A stretch of DNA of 64,000 bases from Candidatus Binatia bacterium (GTDB lineage: Bacteria > Desulfobacterota > Binatia > Bin18): positions 1 to 64,000 of the forward strand of contig CAXXHG010000003.1 in NCBI GenBank assembly GCA_963666315.2, read 5' to 3'. A model generated the notes under the pieces. That model was not told the DNA's origin. It was given only the letters and a program-made list of their open reading frames with translations, and searched no databases. Shown piece by piece: positions 28,435 to 38,661 of this stretch; within the stretch, counting starts at the first letter, position 1; each line of letters begins with the position of its first letter. The position numbers were made by a program, and so were the translations under genes.

Positions 28435-29721
28435 ATGTCGGCGCAAGCGATTGAGGCCACCCGTTTTCTTTCTCACACCGAAGTCCGCAGGATCGCGCAG
28501 AAGTTTGGGACGCCGACCTATGTGTACGACGAAGCACGCCTCAGTCAGGGCGCAAAAAATGTGCTGAATTTCCCGAACGCGTTTGGTTTGACCCCGCGTT
28601 ATGCCATGAAGGCGCTGCCGAATGGGAACATCCTACGGCTGCTCGACCGCCTGGGACTTCATTTTGATGCCAGCTCAGGGTTTGAAGTGCAGCGGGCAAT
28701 GAAAGCGGGCATTGCGGCTGAAAAAATCGCCCTGACCGCCCAAGAGTTGCCAGAGAATTTCAAAGATTTACACGAAGCAGGTACGCTGCTGAATGCGTGT
28801 TCGCTCGACCAGCTGCGCTATTTTGGACGGAATTTTCCAGGTCAGGAACTCGGCATCCGTCTCAATCCAGGACTCGGTTCTGGTGGGACAAATCGCACTA
28901 ACGTGGGTGGCCCAGCCGCGAGCTTCGGCATCTGGCATGAGGATAGAGAAGAAGTGCAGGCCATCACCAGGCAACACAATCTCAAGGTGGTGAGAATACA
29001 CACCCATATCGGCTCGGGCTCTGACCCTCGCGTGTGGCAAAACGTGGCCGGGCTGAGCATGAGCCTGCTAGAGCATTTCCCCGATGCGCATACCCTCAAC
29101 TTGGGCGGCGGCTACAAGATCGGCCGCATGGCGAATGAAGTTTCGACTGACCTGCAAGAAGTCGGTCAGCCGGTCGTGCAGACCTTTATTGCGTTCAGGG
29201 AAGCAACGGGCAGAAGAATCCGTTTGGAAGTTGAGCCAGGTACGTATCTCGTGGCAAACGCCGGGTGTGTGATTACGACCGTTCAGGATCTCACCAGCAC
29301 GGGCAAGGAGGGGTACCACTTTCTCAAGATCAACAGCGGTATGACCGAAGTCCTGCGGCCGAGCATGTACGGGGCCCAACATCCGCTCGTAGTCGTACCT
29401 GCGGATGAGGAAGGCGAGCAAGAGCAGCGGCCCGTTCGCGCAGCCATCGTTGCCGGACACTGCTGTGAATCCGGCGATATTCTGACCCCGTCAGCTGCTG
29501 ACCCCGAAGCCCTTGCACCGCGCGCATTGCTCGAAGCAAAGATCGGAGACTATCTCGTGATCGAAGGGGCAGGCGCGTATTGCTCCGGTATGAGTTCAAA
29601 AAATTACAACTCTTTTCCGGAAGCACCGGAAGTACTCTATCGTGGACCGGATCAAGAGCCGTTGTTGATCCGAAAACGTCAGACGCTGGATCAGATTATT
29701 CAGAATGAAGTGTTGGAGTAG
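28435..29721 (+). CDS. lysA: diaminopimelate decarboxylase
   Basis: [13 protein letters not shown] (PLP Lys), [37 protein letters not shown]. Confidence 0.93.
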   Translation: MSAQAIEATRFLSHTEVRRIAQKFGTPTYVYDEARLSQGAKNVLNFPNAFGLTPRYAMKALPNGNILRLLDRLGLHFDASSGFEVQRAMKAGIAAEKIALTAQELPENFKDLHEAGTLLNACSLDQLRYFGRNFPGQELGIRLNPGLGSGGTNRTNVGGPAASFGIWHEDREEVQAITRQHNLKVVRIHTHIGSGSDPRVWQNVAGLSMSLLEHFPDAHTLNLGGGYKIGRMANEVSTDLQEVGQPVVQTFIAFREATGRRIRLEVEPGTYLVANAGCVITTVQDLTSTGKEGYHFLKINSGMTEVLRPSMYGAQHPLVVVPADEEGEQEQRPVRAAIVAGHCCESGDILTPSAADPEALAPRALLEAKIGDYLVIEGAGAYCSGMSSKNYNSFPEAPEVLYRGPDQEPLLIRKRQTLDQIIQNEVLE

Positions 29722-29812
29722 ATAGGGCATCCGCAACGATCTGGGGGAAAGAGATTAGAGGACTCGCGACCTTTTCGCGTATCGTAAGCGACCATAACTC
29801 TCCCATAGTTCT

Positions 29813-30572
29813 GATAGATAGCTGAGCCACCACTCCCGGCGTCGCGCCTTGACACTGGCAAACCACCGGCACGCGGGATACAGAGCCAAGACGATCGCGA
29901 TCCAGAAAAGATACACCGGGCCAAGGCCCACGCCAAACTCTGTGGGGTAGCGCCAGCACTCGATGGCGATGTCCGGAATTGGAAAACCCTGCCAGAGCCC
30001 GACCCCAAGCGCGACACAGTGAATCACGTACAAGTGCAGGACGTAGAAGAAGAACGGGACGCGGCCGACGACAACCAGCGCCTGCGCCCAATTGCCTTTG
30101 ATCCGCTCGAATATCCCGAGCAGCATAAACGCCGGCCCCAGCGTCATCAGCAGAAACTGGAGAGACGCCGGATACTTCGTGGTATGGAAGAAATCGACCA
30201 GTGTGGTTTCGAAGGTGTCATGGACGGACCAGGAATTGGGCTCCCCGTAGAGGCTCGGGAGCCGTAGCGCGAAGAATGCCAATACTAACAGGACGCCGGT
30301 CCACACCAGACGGCGTGGGCGCTCCCGATTGGCAGCCACAAACACCGGCCCGATAACGTATCCCAGCGCCATCACGCCGATCCACGGAATCAGCGGATAC
30401 CCGACAATGCCCATAGTGGTCCCGCCAATCGTGGCCGTCCCTTGGATGTGAAGAATGAGCCAAGCGGCCGAGGCGCTCTCTGCGGTCGGCTGGATTGTGT
30501 CAAGGAGATTGTGGCCGAGTATTATCGCCAGGCTGATCCATGCGCCGCAGCCACACCAATCCCGCCAGCGCT
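29813..30572 (-). pseudogene. C-terminal fragment of DUF1624 / heparan-alpha-glucosaminide N-acetyltransferase-like membrane protein
   Basis: ALAGLVWL, ILGHNLLD, YPLIPWIGVMALG, KYPASLQFLLMTLGP, GRVPFFFYVLH, WWLSYL; N-terminal third absent. Confidence 0.8.
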
Positions 30573-30651
30573 AGATTCAGCCCAGCTTGATTTGTTTGCT
30601 GGAGTTTAGCAGCTAGAGAAATTGGGCTTCAAGGCGTTATGATCATTTGCT

Positions 30652-31419
30652 TCAGCGTTTGTCAGCCTCCAAATTTTTCTTGAGCGAATCTCCTATAAAC
30701 GGTCGCAACCAATACGGGTTGAGGAATTCGTTTTCAATAAAGTCTTTATCAGCACACAGAAATGTGCCGTGGTCCATTGTCGTCCAATAGGCATAAAACC
30801 GGTCACGAAGTACCGCGTCGGCTATCCTGAAATTACCCTTTTTCTCACGTTTCTTTAGCCACTTGTGCATGGCGTCGAATGCTTCAAGACCGGCTTGTTG
30901 CCACAAAACACGTCCGCCACTATATTTTTTGTATAAATGACGTTGGAGCTTCCAGTTGGCGACCATCCAGCCGGCAAAACGTCGCCCCGGCGGACTCAGT
31001 TTTGCGTCGATAGTGCTGCGTTCACTCTCCAGCTTTTTCTTCTCTTCAGCAGCAAGATCAGGCTTCGCAAGCGCCCGCTCAATGTTTTTGCGGCGCTCTT
31101 TGATCGGATGATCTTGGGCCTGAATGCGCACCTCATGCCAGCTATCAAAATGTCTTGTCGCAGTTGAGACTTCTCGCTCGGTTGGCCGGAGGTCTTCCCG
31201 CTGAGCCGCCCGGTATCGCAGCATAACCGGATGACTGAATAGATTATGGAGTTCATCCATGAGGGCGATTCCCTCTTTGGCCGATAGTTGGTCTCGATAC
31301 ACGGGTTCCCCGAAGACCTCGCCGATCTGCTCGCGCGGTTTTTCTTCAGCCAGAGCAAGAACGGGGGAAACAAGTAAGAGACACAAGGCAAGCAGTCTTT
31401 GTAATTGGATACCTGTCAT
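30652..31419 (-). CDS. hypothetical exported protein
   Basis: Signal peptide ending ALA-EE; KYSGGRVLWQQAGLEAFDA; no family recognised. Confidence 0.7.
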   Translation of the reverse strand: MTGIQLQRLLALCLLLVSPVLALAEEKPREQIGEVFGEPVYRDQLSAKEGIALMDELHNLFSHPVMLRYRAAQREDLRPTEREVSTATRHFDSWHEVRIQAQDHPIKERRKNIERALAKPDLAAEEKKKLESERSTIDAKLSPPGRRFAGWMVANWKLQRHLYKKYSGGRVLWQQAGLEAFDAMHKWLKKREKKGNFRIADAVLRDRFYAYWTTMDHGTFLCADKDFIENEFLNPYWLRPFIGDSLKKNLEADKR

Positions 31420-31638
31420 GCATTTTCCTTTCACACGGCTTTCCGCCACAAGAGAAAACGTTTGTTCTCGGTCTCTACCATGGCAGGAAAATCACACAGA
31501 AAAAACTCCACTGGGCCTTGCCTTAGACAACTCCGCCTTGCTTTTACACAGCCGATTTCTCATTCACTTCTGAGCGGCCCCATGATAGATCTCTCCTCAC
31601 GTAGTCACAGGTGACATAGTTACAGGTGAGGAGACTTC

Positions 31639-32649
31639 GTGAAATACCAATACACTGTCTACGGCATTGAACTCAGCCTGTTCACCCGCAAACTCGAAGC
31701 GGCCATGATTTTTTACAATGCGCCGTTTGAGCGCAAGCCGAAAACACAAGACAATCGGAAAGAAATCGAACATCGTTCAGGTACGCACCAAGTGCCGGTT
31801 TTGCATACGCCAGAGAATTGGATGATAGGTGATACCACGCCGCTCCTCATGATGCTGGATAATCGTTATCCTGCACGAGCCATGTTTCCCACTGGTCCGC
31901 TTGGCGTACTGGTGCATGTAGTCGAAGAATTCTTGGACGAGTGGGTTGCCCGCGTCATGGTCCACTATCGCTGGCACTATGAAGACAGTAGCCGTTTTGC
32001 CGCCGAACAGATTACACGCGCAACCATCCCGGACGCCGACGAGGCCACGATTGCCGCAGCAATCAAAAATGCTCCCATTGCTGAATGGGGAAAACGCGCC
32101 TGTCGCGCCACCGGCACCGCGTCCGGGCAGCAACAGAAAGCGGCGGAGGCAGAATACAAGCGTATTCTCGACGCCGTAGATCTACAACTGCAACTCGCGC
32201 CGTATTTGCTCGGCAGCTGTCCCTGCGCCGTGGATACTATCGTCTTAGGTGGTTTACGCGCGCATACCTATATGGACCCCGACCCGAAAAAGATTGTGTC
32301 TCAGTATCCGCGTATTGTGAAGTGGTGCGAACAGGATGCCGATCAATGGGACGGTAATGGAGAGTTAGCACCCTTCCCAGAATCTACACCCTTTGCGCAA
32401 ATGATACTGTCCGAAATGCCAACGACTTATAAGCCGTACATTTTGGCGAATGCCCAAGCTCAGGCCAACGGCGATAAAGCCTTTATTGTCACAACCTATG
32501 AAGAAGAGGTTAGCTACCTCTCGCGACCGTATCCGGAGTTATCCCGACAGATGATCGTCAACCGCATTGCCAATCAAATCAATGCAGAAGAGCGTCAGGC
32601 CGCACAGGAGTGGTTAGCCACGGTCGGTCTGGCGGCGTGTTTTCAATAA
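31639..32649 (+). CDS. glutathione S-transferase family protein
   Basis: SLFTRKL, QVPVLHTPE, DTTP, EEFLDEW...HYRW, YLLG. Confidence 0.85.
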   Translation: MKYQYTVYGIELSLFTRKLEAAMIFYNAPFERKPKTQDNRKEIEHRSGTHQVPVLHTPENWMIGDTTPLLMMLDNRYPARAMFPTGPLGVLVHVVEEFLDEWVARVMVHYRWHYEDSSRFAAEQITRATIPDADEATIAAAIKNAPIAEWGKRACRATGTASGQQQKAAEAEYKRILDAVDLQLQLAPYLLGSCPCAVDTIVLGGLRAHTYMDPDPKKIVSQYPRIVKWCEQDADQWDGNGELAPFPESTPFAQMILSEMPTTYKPYILANAQAQANGDKAFIVTTYEEEVSYLSRPYPELSRQMIVNRIANQINAEERQAAQEWLATVGLAACFQ

Positions 32650-32682
32650 TCCGCTACTACTCTTTCTTCAGGAGAATTCACA

Positions 32683-33777
32683 ATGCCAAAGAAAAAAGTT
32701 CTTGTCGCCGGCGCTTCAGGCCTAGTTGGCTATGCTGCGGTTGAGCATTTCGCGCAACACACCGATTGGGACGTAGTTGGCGTTTCGCGCCGCATTCCAG
32801 CTGGTCTAGCAGGAGCCGAAATCATATCAGTCGATTTGACGGACAAAGCGCGCTGCGCCCAGGTCTTCGGCCAAATGTCGGATGTCACTCACCTCATATA
32901 TGCCGCGCTGTACGAAAAGCCCGGCCTGGTCGAGGGCTGGTTCCAGAAAGATCAAATGGACACCAACCTCGCCATGCTGAACAATCTCTTCTCCCCGCTC
33001 GAAGCTGTAGCTCAGGACTTACAGCACGTCTCTCTGCTGCAAGGTACCAAAGCTTATGGGGTCCATATTGAACCGTTTCCAGTGCCGGCCCGCGAACGTT
33101 GGCCACGCCATCAACATGAGAACTTCTATTGGCTCCAAGAAGACTATTTGCGCGAGCGGCAGCCGGGCAAGAACTGGCACTGGACCGTGTGGCGACCCCA
33201 ACTCATTCTGGGACAGTCACTTGGCAGCCATATGAACGTGATCCCCGCGCTTGGTGTGTATGCGGCCTTACGCCGTGAGGCCGGCCTGCCGTTATCCTTT
33301 CCGGGTGGACCGCCCACCGTGTTCGAGGCGATTGATGCCGGACTGATTGCTCGGGCATGCGAATGGGCCGGCAGCGCACAGACGGCCCAAAACGAGATTT
33401 TTAATATGACCAATGGCGATGTCTTTATCTGGCAGAATGTCTGGCCTGCTATCGCTGACTCCTTGGGCATGGAAGTCGGCCCACCGGAACAACTCGCGCT
33501 TGCTGAAGAAATGCCCAAACATGAAACCGAGTGGGCAGCCATCGTACGGAAATATGATTTGCGTGCGCCAACGAGTCTAAAAGAATTTGTCGGACAGTCT
33601 TTTATTCTGGCTGATTTCGCTTTCGGCTTTGGGATACGTGATGCCGCCGCGTCACCCATACTCGTGAGCACCATCAAACTGCGTCAGGCCGGCTTCCGCG
33701 AGTGTATGGACACCGAGGACAATTTTCGGGCGTGCTTCAAAAAATTCCAAGACGCGCAGCTGTTGCCACCAGTCTAG
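32683..33777 (+). CDS. PRISE-family SDR (progesterone 5-beta-reductase/iridoid synthase-like)
   Basis: GASGLVG, GVSRR, VSLLQGTKAYG, NFYWLQED, WTVWRP, FNMTNGDVFIW, STIKLRQAGF. Confidence 0.85.
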   Translation: MPKKKVLVAGASGLVGYAAVEHFAQHTDWDVVGVSRRIPAGLAGAEIISVDLTDKARCAQVFGQMSDVTHLIYAALYEKPGLVEGWFQKDQMDTNLAMLNNLFSPLEAVAQDLQHVSLLQGTKAYGVHIEPFPVPARERWPRHQHENFYWLQEDYLRERQPGKNWHWTVWRPQLILGQSLGSHMNVIPALGVYAALRREAGLPLSFPGGPPTVFEAIDAGLIARACEWAGSAQTAQNEIFNMTNGDVFIWQNVWPAIADSLGMEVGPPEQLALAEEMPKHETEWAAIVRKYDLRAPTSLKEFVGQSFILADFAFGFGIRDAAASPILVSTIKLRQAGFRECMDTEDNFRACFKKFQDAQLLPPV

Positions 33778-33835
33778 CATGTATGCATATAGGTCATAAC
33801 AATCCAAAAACGAGTCACACCAAAGGAGGTAGTAT

Positions 33836-34120
33836 ATGTCAGCATATCTGATCGTTCAGGCGGATATTACTGATCCGGAAAAATTTCCGGAGTACCAAAA
33901 GTTAGCTGCTCCTGCCGTCCAAAAATACAACGGTAAGATTCTCGGGCGCGGCGTGCCGGATACCGTGGAAGGCCAGTGGGAGGCTCCCCTTGTCCTCATC
34001 ATCGAGTTCGAGTCGGTCGAGATCGCCAAGGATTTTTTCAACTCTCCGGAGTACACCGCAGCCCGCGAAGCGCGCGCGAATACGGCCAAGTTTGTGATGT
34101 CGATTATCCGGGGAGGGTAG
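33836..34120 (+). CDS. DUF1330 family protein
   Basis: MSAYLIV.ADITDP, VEGQW, IIEFES, FNSPEY..AR. Confidence 0.92.
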   Translation: MSAYLIVQADITDPEKFPEYQKLAAPAVQKYNGKILGRGVPDTVEGQWEAPLVLIIEFESVEIAKDFFNSPEYTAAREARANTAKFVMSIIRGG

Positions 34121-34128
34121 CGAGCTTA

Positions 34129-34154
34129 GGCGGGTCATTATGATCCGCCCTTAC
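34129..34154. repeat. REP-like hairpin / terminator after DUF1330 gene
   Basis: GGCGGGTCA-TTA-TGATCCGCC followed by CTTAC and a T-rich tract. Confidence 0.55.
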
Positions 34155-34246
34155 TTTATTTTTCCTCTTTTGGCACAGGGGTTGAAAGGCTGGACGTTCT
34201 CGCAGCCGGTCGTAGTATTTAATCAGCGTAGGGAACGCATCAAAGC

Positions 34247-34663
34247 TAATTTAATCCCCTCCTTGAAGGGGTGGCGCGTAGCGCCGGGGTGGGTTTCCGA
34301 GATTCTATCCACTGCTTAATCGCTGCTAACATTCCTTACAAGATTCTGCTTCACATCTTCATCCTGAAAACGCAAAAACTGTACGCCCAGCGATTCCAAT
34401 CGTTCTTGACGGAATTGATCTCTAATCTGACCCTGCTCATCGTCGTGGGTCACTCCATCAATCTCAATGACCAGCATTAATTCCTTACAGAAGAAGTCTA
34501 TAATGAATTCGTCAAGCGGGCGCTGACGGTCGAAGTCGTAGCCGTTCAACTGTTTGCCTTTCACATGTTGCCATAACATCACTTCCGCCCGCATAATGTT
34601 TTTCCGAAGCTGGCGGGCGCGGTCTTTCAGGCGCGGGTTGTAGGGAATGACTTTGCGCTGCAT
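34247..34663 (-). CDS. DUF559 (Vsr-like) endonuclease domain protein; frameshift near 34340
   Basis: IPYNPRLKDRARQLRKN, EVMLWQH, FDRQRP, IIDFFC, IEIDGVTH, LRFQD. The repaired tail GMLAAIKQWIE runs through repeat A. Confidence 0.88.
34254..34296 (+). repeat. palindromic repeat unit A flanking DUF559 gene
   Basis: ATCCCCTCCTTGAAGGGGTGGCGCGTAGCGCCGGGGTGGGTTT; homologous to units B and C. Confidence 0.8.
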
Positions 34664-34671
34664 ACCTTTTT

Positions 34672-34724
34672 ATCCCTCTCGGGAAGGGTGGCCGGTCAGC
34701 GGAGCTGGCGGTCGGGGTGGGTTT
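34672..34724 (+). repeat. palindromic repeat unit B
   Basis: ATCCCTCTCGGGAAGGGTGGCCGGTCAGCGGAGCTGGCGGTCGGGGTGGGTTT; same architecture as A with a longer inner hairpin. Confidence 0.75.
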
Positions 34725-34749
34725 AGCCTGGGTGCCCCATGAAAGAGAT

Positions 34750-34792
34750 TACCCACCCCGTCGCTTCGCAACACCCCTCCGAAGGAGGGGAT
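34750..34792 (-). repeat. palindromic repeat unit C (inverted)
   Basis: Reverse complement ATCCCCTCCTTCGGAGGGGTGTTGCGAAGCGACGGGGTGGGTA aligns with unit A. Confidence 0.8.
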
Positions 34793-34853
34793 GAGAGTTC
34801 TCGGTAGCATGCGACATGCGGGATACACAACCCTGAAAGAAAGTCGTGTATCC

Positions 34854-35348
34854 CTACACCTCGTTAAACTCAGGTTGGTACTTCGCAGTGCCGACTTTGC
34901 CCCGGTTTGCTCCCTTACGAAGTTCAAGGGCCATAAAGACCTCATCGGGAACGTTGTATTCACACCGCACTCCATAGCTGACTTGCGGGTCGTTGTACTC
35001 GGCATGACCCAGTACAACGACCCGCTCATGGCCTACCTTCCGACATTCCTCAAGCCCCGCTTTTATCAACAATGAACCAATGCCTTGCCTCTGGAGTTCA
35101 GGCAGAACGGCCGTCGGCCCAAGGCTCACGGCGGGATAGGTCTCGTTGTCCGACTCGATAGTAACCGGACTAAAAAGGATATGTCCGACAATACTACCCT
35201 CTTGGACCGCGACCAGGGAAAGCGTTATTTGTCCCCGTTCTCGAAGCGCGCCCACAAGTTCGGCTTAGGCAGGCTGGCCAAAAGCTCACACATTAACAGA
35301 GTAAATAGACGCAGGATCTCCAGGTCCTTCATGTCGGACTCTCACCAT
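34854..35348 (-). pseudogene. GNAT N-acetyltransferase (YhbS-like) pseudogene
   Basis: MVRVRHE...NV*AFGQPA*AELVGALR (two in-frame stops), IVGHILFSPV, QRQGIGSLLI, VVVLGH. Confidence 0.85.
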
Positions 35349-35365
35349 ACTGAGGGCACGAGAGG

Positions 35366-36220
35366 CTAGCCCTGCTGCACAGCCTTTTGCCTGGACCGAT
35401 ATGTTCTTGCCGACAGAGAGCTCACCAACGACGGCGAAAGCCGGCTCATCCACCAAAAGATTCTCCACCAGCCAGGAATAATGATAATCGCGCTGTTCCG
35501 AGCAAGCGCGTCGAGGGCTTTCACCGCAAACGAAGCCGGGTCCAGAGGCCGGGTGCGTTCTAATATTTTGTCCTCTAGCTGCTTGGATATCGGCTGCAAC
35601 CGTTTACCGTATTTACCGCCCTGCAATATGGGCGTCCGAATCACCCCAGGGCAGAAGGCACTGACGCGTATCCCATGCGGCGCGGCTTCAATACGGAGTG
35701 ACTTTGACAGACCCACTACCGCGTGTTTGGTCGTGGCATAGCTGACCCCCATCGGCATCGGGAGCAGCCCGGCCATAGAAGCCGTATTCACAATATGACC
35801 GTAACCTTGACGAATCATGATGGGATAAGCAGCCTGCACCCCATTCACTACACCATACAGATTTACGTCCAGCACGGCCTTCCAGTCGTCTATGCTGTAC
35901 AGGCTGACTTCTCCTCCAATCGCGATACCAGCATTATTAAACATATAGTCTAGCCGGCCTTGCGCCTGGGCAGTCTCCTGGACGAGCTGCTCCACCGCGC
36001 TGAAGTTGGTGACGTCCAATTCGGCCGCAGATGCTGTACCGCCGCTCTCTCGAATTCCGGTGGCGACCTCTTGTGCAACTGTCAGCTGACGGTCAGCTAG
36101 GACAACAGACGCGCCGCGCCGTGCCAGGGTCTCACCCAATGCGCAACCAATCCCCGAGGCCCCGCCGGTGACAATCGCAACCGCACCATCAAAAATACGA
36201 AGCGCATTTTCCTGAGCCAT
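35366..36220 (-). CDS. short-chain dehydrogenase/reductase
   Basis: TGGASGIG, FNNAGI, NTAS, YATTK, CPGVIRT. Confidence 0.93.
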   Translation of the reverse strand: MAQENALRIFDGAVAIVTGGASGIGCALGETLARRGASVVLADRQLTVAQEVATGIRESGGTASAAELDVTNFSAVEQLVQETAQAQGRLDYMFNNAGIAIGGEVSLYSIDDWKAVLDVNLYGVVNGVQAAYPIMIRQGYGHIVNTASMAGLLPMPMGVSYATTKHAVVGLSKSLRIEAAPHGIRVSAFCPGVIRTPILQGGKYGKRLQPISKQLEDKILERTRPLDPASFAVKALDALARNSAIIIIPGWWRIFWWMSRLSPSLVSSLSARTYRSRQKAVQQG

Positions 36221-36222
36221 GT

Positions 36223-36561
36223 TTAATCAGCCAACGGCACAACGCCGACGACAACAGCGCCGTCTCCAATCACTCGAGTGGTATGCCCACTGCCCGTCAG
36301 GTCTGCTGCCAGAACCCCGTCGCCTGGCCCGCAGCGTTGGACGGAGCCATCCTTGAACCCAATCTCCAGCTGGCCCTTAAAGACAATCACATACTGCCGC
36401 CGCGGGGCGTTATGCCAATCCATGGCGGTTCCAGCTGGAAGTTCTCGAAAGAAAATCTCCTTTGTCGCCTGGGGCGTTTCTTGGCTAGGTTGGGCACTCA
36501 ACGCCGGCTCCTTAATATGCGACTGTCCATCGTCGCCCGCATACATATGAAAAATGCTCAT
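36223..36561 (-). CDS. cupin-like small protein
   Basis: MYAGDDGQSH, WHNAPRRQY, GPGD..LAADLTGSGH; AGGAGG RBS. Confidence 0.8.
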   Translation of the reverse strand: MSIFHMYAGDDGQSHIKEPALSAQPSQETPQATKEIFFRELPAGTAMDWHNAPRRQYVIVFKGQLEIGFKDGSVQRCGPGDGVLAADLTGSGHTTRVIGDGAVVVGVVPLAD

Positions 36562-36766
36562 GTATCTCCTCCTGTTCCTCTTGCCACTCCTTAGTGACAA
36601 TTCTTCCGGCTCTACTTGAATAAAAACGGCCTGGGGCTCATCCCCAGCTGTGCGACTACCACAGGAGAGGTAGGACGGAAAGACGTAAGGGAGTGTACAC
36701 CGTACGCGCGTAGGACACACTTTCATCCCTTGTCAGCATATAGGGCGAAGGATAGGGCTGACCGTT

Positions 36767-37967
36767 ATGCCGAACCCTCCAGCAGTCTCTTTCTCTTCAC
36801 ATGCATCGCAATCAGCGCCCGAGGTCCTCTTTACGAAAGACTTTCTTCTGCTGTGCCACATTTTTGTTCTTTGCCTTTATGTTTTTGATCTTACCCATCC
36901 TGCCACCTTTTATTATCCGCGAATTGCACTGGACAGAATCTCAGGTCGGCCTCATTATGGGTGCATTTGCGGCCGCATCGATCTTGTCCCGGCCAGCTTC
37001 AGGAAGAATAGTTGAAAGCCGGAGTGGCAAATTCGGTTTGGCCCTAGGGGCGCTCATCTACTGCTTAGCGCCCCTATTCTACACCTTTGCTGATTCGGTA
37101 GCGGGCATGCTAGTCGTACGGTTTTGCCACGGAGCTGGAATCGCCTTCTTTACCACGGCGTCTAGCGTGCTGGTTGCTGATCTGGCTCCCGCCTCTGGGC
37201 GGGGTGAGGCGATGGGCTAGTTCGGCATGATGCTTAATCTCGCCCTGGCCTGCGGACCTTTTGTAGGGGCCGCCCTTGTCGAACGTGCGGGCTTTCGCGC
37301 CCTCTTTTTGCCCGCTTCTGCCCTGGGCCGGGCAAGCTTGGTTATTCTGCCTTTCCTGTCCGAGCCAAACCGACCAGATTGGAGTGTTCAAGGACCCAAG
37401 CCTATCAAACGCCCGCCATTATTGAGTCGGGCCGCTCTCTTGCCGGGTTGTGTCGCCGCCTGCATGTCGATGACTGTCGGATCGATCCTCGTTTTCCTGC
37501 CCCTCTTGGTGCAGGAGCGTCAGTTGGGAAATCCGGGTCTCTACTTTGTGGTCTTTTCGACTGTTGTCATTATCACTCGTCCGATTACAGGCAAATGGTC
37601 GGATCGGTTCGGTCGGGGGGTGATTATTATCCCCGGACTGCTCTTGCTCGCGCTTGCCATGACCGTCTTGGCCCATGCCGATACTTTGCCTTGGCTGCTG
37701 AGTGCCGCCGCAATCCAGGGGGTTGGATTTGGCAGTGTCCAACCCGCGCTATTCGCTCTTGGGATTGACCGCTCGACCGAACAGACGCGAGGCCCAGTGC
37801 TGGCCACCCTGATGATGGCCTTAGACCTTGGTCATACTCTGAGCGGTATTGGGTTAGGTCTCGTTCTTCAGCAGACCAATTTTACGGTGATGTATCTGTG
37901 CGTGGCCGGCATTGCGCTGCTTGGGGCGGGAGTGTTTACCGCTGGAACGAGAGTACAGCGGTCATGA
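36767..37967 (+). pseudogene. MFS transporter, with frameshift near 36855 and in-frame TAG at 37218
   Basis: LFTKDFLLL, RPASGRIVES..G, DLAP..RGEAMG*FG, GKWSDRFGR; fragments 36801..37220 and 37227..37967 are in the same frame. Confidence 0.85.
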
Positions 37968-37984
37968 AGGCGGTGAAGTTTATT

Positions 37985-38014
37985 GGCGGGTTACGCTGCG
38001 CTCACCCGCCCTAC
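37985..38014 (-). repeat. GTAG-family REP element
   Basis: Minus strand GTAG-GGCGGGTGAGCG-CAG-CGTAACCCGCC: a GTAG tetranucleotide followed by an imperfect palindrome. Confidence 0.7.
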
Positions 38015-38354
38015 GAACTATAGTCATAGTGAAGAGATCCTCGACCATACCCATACCATTTGGGCTATTGATTCCTGAACCGGCACAGGGCGCTCCATCA
38101 GGCACTGCAAGAAAAAACTGACACGCGCCAGCCTTTTTTTTATATCCCTGAACAATCCCTGCTGTGATCACCGCATCAAGTTGAGCACCCCGTGTTCGAG
38201 CACCTTTCAGATGATCTTGTTGTACCAAGGTGTGTAGTTTTTCCCAGTGCTCTCCTGACGAGACAGGGAGTAATTCTACGTTGGCTGAAATATTGGGAAG
38301 CGCGCTAGTGAGTATCATTTGCAAAGTTGGCACCTGTTCCTCGTAATCATGCAA
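38015..38354 (-). pseudogene. GNAT-like protein fragment
   Basis: FFLA..DGAPCA...NGMGMVEDLFT, truncated before the acetyl-CoA motif at the REP. Confidence 0.5.
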
Positions 38355-38399
38355 AGCGAGATATGCGCTGAAGAAATCGGGCGTGTATGCTCGTTCTTA

Positions 38400-38640
38400 C
38401 GTCATACACCTTGTTTGACGACCAAACATTAGGGTTTCTTTGGTCACGCTCTTAGGCGTCAGCACCGATTCAAACGCCCCTGCTTCAAAATCTTTAAGGA
38501 TTGCTTTTTCCTCTTTACTGAGTTTCAACTGGCTCATAACGTTTCTCCAAGATATTGCTTCGTAGCCTTTCTACTTGGGATTACTGTTTTTAAAAACATT
38601 TCTTTTCGATCTTCAACATATGGAACCATTTACTTTACGT
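38400..38640 (-). pseudogene. remnant BrnT-like toxin (3' part) and CopG/BrnA-like antitoxin (5' part)
   Basis: MVPYVEDRKEMFLKTVIPSRKATKQYLG (stop 38534-38536), coupled to MSQLKLSKEEKAILKDFEAG (start 38537). Confidence 0.7.
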
Positions 38641-38661
38641 GACGAACGCCATGCTGATATG

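Noticed and set aside
30568-30576. CTAG at several truncation junctions (30571, 42149, 52262) as IS5 excision scars
   Set aside because: A 4-mer in a handful of places cannot be distinguished from chance without a genome-wide count.
34254-34792. Repeats A/B/C as a CRISPR array
   Set aside because: Units are degenerate, in mixed orientation and irregularly spaced around a gene, and no cas genes are present.
37218-37220. In-frame TAG in the MFS gene (also in DUF5808-like and REC-PilB genes), suggesting amber recoding or pyrrolysine
   Set aside because: Many intact genes here end in TAG (hemB, lysA, ctpA, xseA, pyrB). The same pseudogenes also carry frameshifts, and others have TAA/TGA stops, so ordinary nonsense mutation explains it.
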